Positions 55,781-64,000 of a stretch of DNA of 64,000 bases are shown here, piece by piece. Every line of letters starts with the position of its first letter. The stretch's first letter is position 1. A program made the position numbers and the translations under genes. The stretch spans positions 11,532,001-11,596,000 of the forward strand of contig OX597836.1 in assembly GCA_951406725.2 (NCBI GenBank). The letters run 5' to 3'. Under the pieces are notes generated by a model. That model saw nothing but the letters and a program-made list of their open reading frames with translations, was not told the origin of the DNA and did no database searches. The DNA is from Octopus vulgaris (Eukaryota).

Positions 55781-56380
55781 TAGGAGCAGGCGTTGAATCA
55801 TAGGTGCATGCCTGGCATCATAGGCTTAGGTGCTGCATCATAGGCTTAGGCGTTGCATCATAGGCGCAGGCGGGGAATCACAGGCGCAGGCGTGGCATCA
55901 TAGGTGCAGGCATGGCATCATAGGCGCAGGTGTGGCATCATAGGCGCAAGTGTAGCGTCATAGGCGCAAGCATGGCATCATAGGCGCAAGTGTAGCGTCA
56001 TAGGCGCAAGCATGGCATTATAGGCGCAAGTGTAGTGTCATAGGCGCAAGCATAGCATCATAGGCGCAGGCGTGGCATCATAGGCGCAAGTGTAGCGTCA
56101 TAGGCGCAGGCGTGGCATCATAGGCGCAAGTGTAGCGTCATAGGCGCAAGCATGGCATCATAGGCGCAAGTGTAGCGTCATAGGCGCAAGCATGGCATCA
56201 TACGCGCAGGCGTGGCATCGTAGGTGCAGGCATGGCATCATAGGTGCAGTCGTGGCATCATAGGCGCAGGCATAGCATCATAGGCGCAGACGTGGAATCA
56301 TAGACGCAGGCGTGGCATCATAGGCGAAGGCGTGGCATCATAAGCGCAGGCACGGCATCATAGGCGCAGGCGTGTTGTCA
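55781..56380 (+). repeat. Minisatellite, 30 x 20 bp (consensus taggcgcaggcgtggcatca)
   Basis: Exact 20-bp register with no indels. Central units alternate between two variants. Confidence 0.97.
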
Positions 56381-56382
56381 TA

Positions 56383-56545
56383 GGTGCAGGTGTAGCTGTG
56401 TGGTAAAAAGCTTGTTTCCCAACCACATGTTTGCAGGTTCATTTCCATTCTGTGAAACTTTGAGAAATTCTCTTCTAGTATAGCCTTGGGCCGACAAAAG
56501 CCTGTGAGTGGATTTGGTTAACGGAAACTGAAAGAAACCCGTCTG
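56383..56545 (+). mobile_element. SINE-A 5' half, contiguous with the minisatellite
   Basis: ggtgcaggtgtagctgtgtggtaaaaagcttg...acggaaactgaaagaaacccgtc. Confidence 0.85.
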
Positions 56546-56994
56546 ATGCGCGCGCGCGTGTATGTGTGTGTATTCAGCTGAATAAAATTTTACCGTTGTT
56601 TGTCAACAAGAACTTCCGGCGGTGTATATTTCGTTTGTCTATCACTAAAATGGAAAAATATGGTTGGAAGGTGCCGAAATTGTTATGATATGTGGTTGAC
56701 AACTGACGAGCGGTTGAGTTTACCCCGTGTTCGCTGAGTGCTTTGCTAGAGTGTTTTCGTAATTACTTTGTAGCGCCTCTGAGCCGTCTTTGACATTCTA
56801 TACACACATGCGCACACGCACATACACATATAAGGAAATAAAACAAGGAGAGACAAGAGACAAAGAGTTTTAATACTTCTGTAGAGGTTACTGCTGGAAT
56901 ATAATTATCTTTGTGAGCTGACAGACGGGTTCTCATTTGGGATGCTTAAGGTGGGTTTCACTTGCTTCTTTGAAGGACCCATTACTCTTAACGC

Positions 56995-57201
56995 TTTATT
57001 CTTTTACCTGTTTCAGTCATTTGACTGCGGCTATGCTGGAGCACCGCCTTTAGTCGAGGAAATCGACCCCAGGACTTATTCTTTGTAAGCCCAGTATTTA
57101 TTCTATCGGTCTCTTTTGTCGAACCGCTAAGTTACGGGGACGTAAACACACCAGCAGCGGTTGTCAAGCGATGTTGGGGGGACAAGCACAGACACACACA
57201 C

Positions 57202-57238
<37 letters not shown>

Positions 57239-57412
57239 TATATATATACATATATACGATAGGCTTCTTTCAGTTTCCGTCTATTAAATCCAATCACAAT
57301 GCTTTGGTCGGCCCGAGGCAACAGTAGAAGATATTGCCCAAGATGCCACGCAGTGGGACTGAACCCGGAACCATGTGGCTGGTAAGAAAGCAACTTACCA
57401 CACAGCCACTCC
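56995..57412 (-). mobile_element. SINE-A, near full length
   Basis: Matches 53821-54225. Confidence 0.92.
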
Positions 57413-57632
57413 TTAGGAATGTACTATAGGGACAAGGCCTGAAATTATGGTGGAAGGAACAAGTTCGATCTCATCGACCCACGCCATTCCCCAGTACTCA
57501 TCTCGTACTTATTCTACCGATCCTGAAAGGTTGAAAGGAAAAGTCGACCTAAAGACGGGCGAAATGCCGCTAGGCATTTTGTCCGGAATGTTAACAACTC
57601 GGCCAGGACGCCTTTCATAAATTGAAAAATAT

Positions 57633-57724
<92 letters not shown>

Positions 57725-57810
57725 GTACGTTTATTGGCTAAACTGGCAATATGACCATTCCGAAATATAACAATATGTATACATATATATGTATATATAT
57801 ATACATACAT

Positions 57811-58070
57811 GTGGAGGCGCAATGGCCCAGTGGACTCGCGGTCGTAGGATCGCGGTTTCGAATCCCAGACCGGGCGTTGTGAGTGTTTATTGAGCGAAAA
57901 CACCTAAAGCTCCACGAGGCTCCGGCAGGGGGGGGGTGGCGATCCCTGCTGTACTCTTTCGCCACAACTTTCTCTCACTCTTTCTTCTGTAGGCCTGCTC
58001 GCTTAGCATTGTTACCAGCGATGTGTAGCAACATCTGATAGCCTGGTCGGTGACGGTGACGGTGACGGTG
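57811..58070 (+). mobile_element. SINE family C with tail type 2, ending (gacggt)n
   Basis: gtggaggcgcaatggcccagtgg...gtttcgaatcccagaccgggcg...ctgatagcctggtcggtgacggtgacggtg. Small deletion in the head. Confidence 0.88.
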
Positions 58071-58545
58071 ATATATACATATATCACAGCTCTCCATTTA
58101 CTCTTCCATTTCCTAAATTTGAAACAACGAAGTAAAAGAAAACAAAAGAAACTCAGAAATGATTTCTAACTCGTATTTACAGCTACAAAGAGTTCAACCA
58201 GAAGCTGAAGAATTTTGAAAGCATGAAGTCTTAGAAAAGCAAATAAAGTTTGTATTGTCTGTCACGTCTGTGTGTGTCATTCACTAAGATAAACTGCTAC
58301 ATTACAAAGTATTTGCTGTCGGGAATATATATACTAGAGACAAATGTAATAGTTCGAAATGTAACTATGACAATCAAATAAATATGTCTGCGTTATGTCT
58401 TTAATATACCTGAGAACTTACAGGTGGATATGAATAATTTCTCAGGTGACATCACGAGAAGCTTAGCGTGTGTGTGTTTGTATTATGTATATATGTATGT
58501 ATTTGCATAAATTGATATAGATGTACTACAGTCTGAGACATATAA

Positions 58546-59340
58546 GTGCAGGAGTAGCTGTGTGGTTAATAGCTTGCTTACCAACCACATGGCTCTGGGT
58601 TCAGTCCCACTGCGTGGCACCTTGGGCGAGTGTCTTCTACTATAGCCTCCGGCCTACCAACGCCTTGTGAGTGGATTTGGAAGACGGAAAGTGAAAGAAT
58701 CCCATCGTATGTATATATATATATATATATGTGTGTGTGTATGTGAGTACATGTATGTATATGTCAGTGTGTGTGTGTGTGTGTGTTTGTCCTCCCCCCC
58801 ACCGTCGCTTGACAACTGATGTTAGTGTGTTTACGTCTCCATAACTAAGCGGTTTGGCAATATGAGACCGACAGAATAAGTACTAGGCTTATAAAGAATG
58901 AGTCTTGGGGTTGATTTGTTCGACTAAATGCTGTGCTCCAGCATGGCTGCAGTTACATGACTGAAACAAACAAAATAATAAAAGAAAAAAATGAAGAATA
59001 TGTTTATGGTGTGTGAATGTGTATTGTGTGCATTGTGAGTGCACGCGCACGTGTATGTGTGTGTATGTGTGTGTACGCGCACGCATGTGTGTGTGTGTGT
59101 GCGTGTTTGTGTCTATGGTTGTCCCCCACCACCGTTTAACAACTGATGCTGGTGTGCTTACGTTCCATTAACCTAGGGGTTCAACAAACGAGGGTGATAT
59201 AAAAAAAAAAACACCAGGATTTTTTAAAATAAACAAAACTCGAAAAGTAAGGTACTAGGTTGATTCATTCGACTATAAAATTCCTCAAGGCCATGCTCCA
59301 GCTTGGCCGCAGTCTAATGACTGAAAACAACTAAAATGCA
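58546..59340 (+). mobile_element. SINE-A full copy (58546-58985) and a second 3' half (59100-59340)
   Basis: gtgcaggagtagctgtgtgg...gtgctccagcatggctgcagt; second tail at 59285-59335. Confidence 0.88.
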
Positions 59341-59935
59341 AAAAACAAACGTTAGAAAATAAGTTATTTATATCAGAAGAAATTAGAAGCTTAGGGAAAC
59401 GTGAAATAATTCTTTTGTTAACGCAGAAATTCGAAGATGATAAAGCATCGAGCAGCGTTCGGCTTTTTTTCTATCAAAAGGGTTTTTTAGCCTCATATTT
59501 CCAAGCTATTATTTATAGCATTATTTACTTCGAGTTCTATCGTTAAAAAACGAATTGTATAAAAAGCTTCACTGATGAGAAAAAGCAAGTCATTGAAACG
59601 TATATATATATAAAGGCATAAAATTATCAAAAAATATTTTCTACTTTTCATATTATGTATTGTGGCTCGGCCTCTGTATTTTGGCAAATCCTTTGATGAA
59701 ATGATTGAATTCGTATTGGATTAGGATATATCGGAGTTTAAAGTAGGACTGAATAGCGAACGCTAGAATTAGTTTGGGGAGAATTTATAATCAGATATTA
59801 ATAACATTAAATGATAGTGAAAAAAAATAAGATGAAAATATCGTAGATACAAAGAGAATATTAGGAATGAGGGATAACTTTAACCAAGAATTCGAGGATA
59901 CGAGATTAATTCGAGAAAATTATGTGGTAGGAGAA

Positions 59936-60168
59936 GGCGGCGAGATGGCAGAATCGTTAGCACGCCGGGCGAAATTCTTAGCAGTATTTCGTCCGCCGCT
60001 AAGTTCTGAGTTCAAATTCCGCCGAGATCGACTTTGCTTTTCATCCTTTCGGGGTCGATAAATTAAGTACCAGTTACGCACTGAGGTCGATATAATCGAC
60101 TTAATCCGTTTGTCTGTCCTTGTTTGTCCTCTTTCTGTGTTTAGCCCCTTGTGGGTAGTAAAGAAATA
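59936..60168 (+). mobile_element. SINE-B monomer, full length
   Basis: ggcggcgagatggcagaatcgttagc...gtgggtagtaaagaaata. Confidence 0.92.
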
Positions 60169-60305
60169 GAAATAGAATATAAGGACACAAGAAATGTGTC
60201 AAAGCCGACAGGAAGCGTCGATGCTTCCTAGGGCTATATAGCGGTGGTGTAATTCCCTCTACGGGACTGTCACGTTATGTTGACTTTATACAACCACTAT
60301 ATATA

Positions 60306-60686
60306 TCTCTCTCTATATAAACGGCAGTTTGTCTGTGCGTGTTTCTGTGTGTCTGTTTGCTTGTACCCTCACCCTGACCACGGCTTTCAACCGATTCTGA
60401 TGAAACTTGACACACACATAGCCCAATGTCATAATTCAAAACTAACGCAGCGAAAATTTTGAAAAGTTCCCCCAGTTCTGAAAAAATCGATAAATTCGAC
60501 ATGGGGTCGAGAATCAGAAACACGAACCACAAAGTGTCTAGGGGACGCAACTCCACCTTTTTTAAATCTCAAAAAAATTTACCATCATTTTTTTCCATTT
60601 TTTTGCTATTTTTTGGCTATCACTCTCTAAAAATGCTTTATAGTTATTTCCCTTACAAACCTGAGCAACGCCGGGCGATACTGCTA

Positions 60687-60687
<1 letters not shown>
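60306..60687 (+). mobile_element. Non-autonomous Helitron, 382 bp, both ends intact
   Basis: A|TC 5' end, then tatataaacggcagtttgtctgt...caaccgattctgatgaaacttg. 3' cctgagcaacgccgggcg hairpin-like element, then CTAG|T. No TSD. Confidence 0.85.
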
Positions 60688-60716
<29 letters not shown>

Positions 60717-60718
<2 letters not shown>

Positions 60719-61080
60719 TCTTACTCTTTTACTTGTTTCAGTCCTTTGACTGCGGCCATGCTGGAGCACCGCCTTTGTAAGCCCAGTACTTATTCTATCG
60801 GCCTCTTTTGCCGAACCGCTAAGTGACGGCGACGTAAACACACCAGCATCGGTTGTCAAGCAAGTTGTCAAGGGGGACACACAAACATGCACACACATAT
60901 ATATATATACATATATACGGCGGGTTTCTTCCAGTTTCCGTCTACCAAATCCACTCACACGGCTTTGGTTGGCCTGAGGCTACAGTCGAAGACACTTGTC
61001 CAAGGTGCCACGCAGTGGACTGAACCCGGAACCATGTGGTTAGTAAGCAAGCTACTTACCACACAGCCACCCCTACGCCT
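60717..61080 (-). mobile_element. SINE-A with an internal deletion in the tail
   Basis: Matches other copies, but lacks the agtcgagc...ttattc segment. Confidence 0.9.
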
Positions 61081-61652
61081 AAATTTATTTTAACCTAAGG
61101 TTCTATGTATTCCAATGGTTCTTTCATCCCTTAATACTGGGGGGGGGCGATTTAAACACTATATATATACTAGAGTAGAAAATTTATCATGTCATTTTAT
61201 ATTTATATTTATATATATAATGCGATATCTTACTTCGTCGAATTCGCGGTCGCAAAATCAAAAACTAGATATCGTAAATCGTTTTAACCCAAGGCTCTGG
61301 TCATCCCAAAAGTCCACTGTCTTACGTCACGAATGATCAGAAATCAATGCCGGTGCTTTGATGAAACTTACTATTTACAAATGGTTTCTATTTACATGAG
61401 AAACACAAAGCGGAGCTGGCCAACTGGTTGTTTACATTATGCTTTACATCCTGTGATCCGGAGCCAATTTCGGTGGTTTTTATCGAACTGTTTCCGCTTG
61501 TTTACCAAACAGACAGACACAGACAAACGTGTTCAAACACACACAGACACACACACACCACACACTCACTCACACAAAAACACACTCAATCACAAAAACA
61601 CTCGTTCACAAGCATATTTAAACACATATATATATACATATAAATATATATG

Positions 61653-61693
<41 letters not shown>

Positions 61694-61834
61694 GCATACA
61701 TACATACACACACATATACATATATATTTATATATACACGTGTAAGGCTGTATACGTATATATATATACATGTGTAAGACTGTATACATACACACACACA
61801 TAAATATATTTATATATAGGTGTACTATAATGTA

Positions 61835-62038
61835 CCTTATACTTGTTTCGGTCATTGAACTGTGGCTATGCTGGGGCATCGCTTTGAAAGGTCGAGTTGA
61901 ACAAATTGACCCCAGAACTTCTTTCCATGTTAAATTTATTCGATCAGTTCCTTTTGCCAAACTGCCATACTACAGGAATGTAAACAAACAATCACCAGTT
62001 GTTTAACGGGGATTAGAGAACAAATACAAGACAAAAGA

Positions 62039-62132
<94 letters not shown>

Positions 62133-62400
62133 TATACACACGCCACGCACATTTTGATAGACAGAAACTGAAAGAAGTCCTTCGTTGACATATATATAAG
62201 TGTGAGTGAGTGAGTGTGTGTGTGTCTTTGCAACTGTGTTTGTTGCTAACACACTAACACCGGTGTTAGTGTGTTTATGTCCACGTAACCTAGTGGGTCG
62301 ACAAAAGACAGCGATAAAATACGTAGCAGGGTTCAAAAACAGAAAGGCGTACAGGGGGAACTGCATGGCCGTTCTCTACTGACTGAAAGAAGTAAGAGAT
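61835..62400. mobile_element. Two decayed SINE-A 3' halves in opposite orientation around a (CA)/(TA) array
   Basis: Minus copy 61835-62045; plus copy 62150-62400 (gacagaaactgaaagaagtc...gcatggccg..actgactgaaa). Confidence 0.7.
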
Positions 62401-62488
62401 CATATATATATATATCTTTATATATATATATATATCTTTATATATATATATATCTTTATATATATATATATAGATTGATAGATAGAAG

Positions 62489-62565
<77 letters not shown>

Positions 62566-63175
62566 TGAAAGATAAGATGAAATAAAACAACAGAAGTGGC
62601 AACCAGTCAGACATTAGTACGTGATACAAAAACACCTTACCTGACGTGTTACCACGTAGTGTACTTTGACAACCGCATAACAGAAGGTGTTAAGCACATA
62701 CAATAATGTATAATAATGCAGTAAACATGCTTTATAGTGCGAAAAACGTGTTAACACATGAGATGAAGTGGAGAGGAAAAAATGCATAGAAATAGGGCGA
62801 AATGAATCAGTACAGATTTTATTGGTAAATGAATGAATAGTAAAAGTTTGTTGTTAATTGTGTATGACAGATGTTTGTTAAGATTTGTTCTGTTTTTTGG
62901 ACGAGTATTTTATTTATATTTTATTCGTTTATTTCTTTATTTATTATTTATTTTTTTTTGCATTTTCTTGGGAATTGCTTTACAAAGTAAATGATGCATT
63001 ATTACAGTTTACCGGTGTCTATGCGTGCGCTTCTTTGCATGAATACCTATGTGTGCGTCTATATATATATATATATATATATATGCACATCTATATGTAT
63101 ATATGTGTGTGTGTATTATATACCAAAAGCAATATAACATACATAATATAATCTATGTATAAATAAATAATATTG

Positions 63176-63218
<43 letters not shown>

Positions 63219-63244
63219 ATATATACATATATATATATATACAA

Positions 63245-63350
<106 letters not shown>

Positions 63351-63400
63351 TTATATATATACACACACCAACTTTCTCACCTATATATACATATATATAC

Positions 63401-63463
<63 letters not shown>

Positions 63464-63885
63464 GTATGTATGTATGTATGTATGTATGTATGTATGTATG
63501 TATGTATGTATGTATGTATGTATGTATATGAATCAATAGGAAGTGTTAAAAATGCTCTGAGATTATCTAGAGTGGCGGAGACCTCAAAAGTAAATAGCTG
63601 CCATCTTTATTTGTTTTGAAAGATTTATTTCTAGAAAATAAAATAATGTCATTCGGTGAGCTTCATCTGAGATTTAGTAGGAGCGAATTGTGCACTTTTT
63701 AAAGAATTAAGCCGTTTGACCATGATATAATGAATAGAGCAAACACAGATACAAAAGTACAACGTGAGGTGTCTATTTATTTTTGTTATGTCGGCGTATA
63801 GGTGCTACAAACTTTCATACATAGATACACTCGCATATGCATGCACACACAGGTACGCACATACACACACACATACAAGTGTGTG

Positions 63886-63986
<101 letters not shown>

Positions 63987-64000
63987 GGTATATATATCTC

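Noticed and set aside
55781-56380. CRISPR-like regular array
   Set aside because: Contiguous tandem units with no unique spacers, no cas genes, and a eukaryotic context.
56700-56740. ctgacgag hammerhead-like box (also ctgatgaaac at ~60397)
   Set aside because: No correctly placed GAAA or stems. The second is part of the Helitron 5' motif.

Overview
Eukaryotic, very AT-rich and repeat-saturated DNA, most likely intronic or intergenic. The SINE families and the microsatellite load point to an octopus (coleoid cephalopod) genome; this is an inference from family recognition, not a database hit. No complete protein-coding gene is present, and nearly all ORFs in the supplied track are translations of microsatellites. 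The window holds: (1) dozens of tRNA-derived SINEs, labelled here A, B, C and D, with modular head/tail swapping and head-to-tail multimers; (2) three mariner relics, one internally deleted; (3) an internally deleted CR1-type LINE whose 3' tail matches the SINE-A tail; (4) non-autonomous Helitron-type elements; (5) a hairpin MITE; (6) a 30 x 20-bp minisatellite built from a SINE 5' end; (7) short Penelope-like islands embedded in (TA)n arrays, several carrying hammerhead-ribozyme-like cores. The most striking feature is a perfect 65-bp inverted repeat (23872-24008) that places a near-canonical type I hammerhead on each strand. One plausible 69-nt minus-strand exon lies at 35640-35708. All calls were made by eye, and boundaries of decayed elements are approximate.
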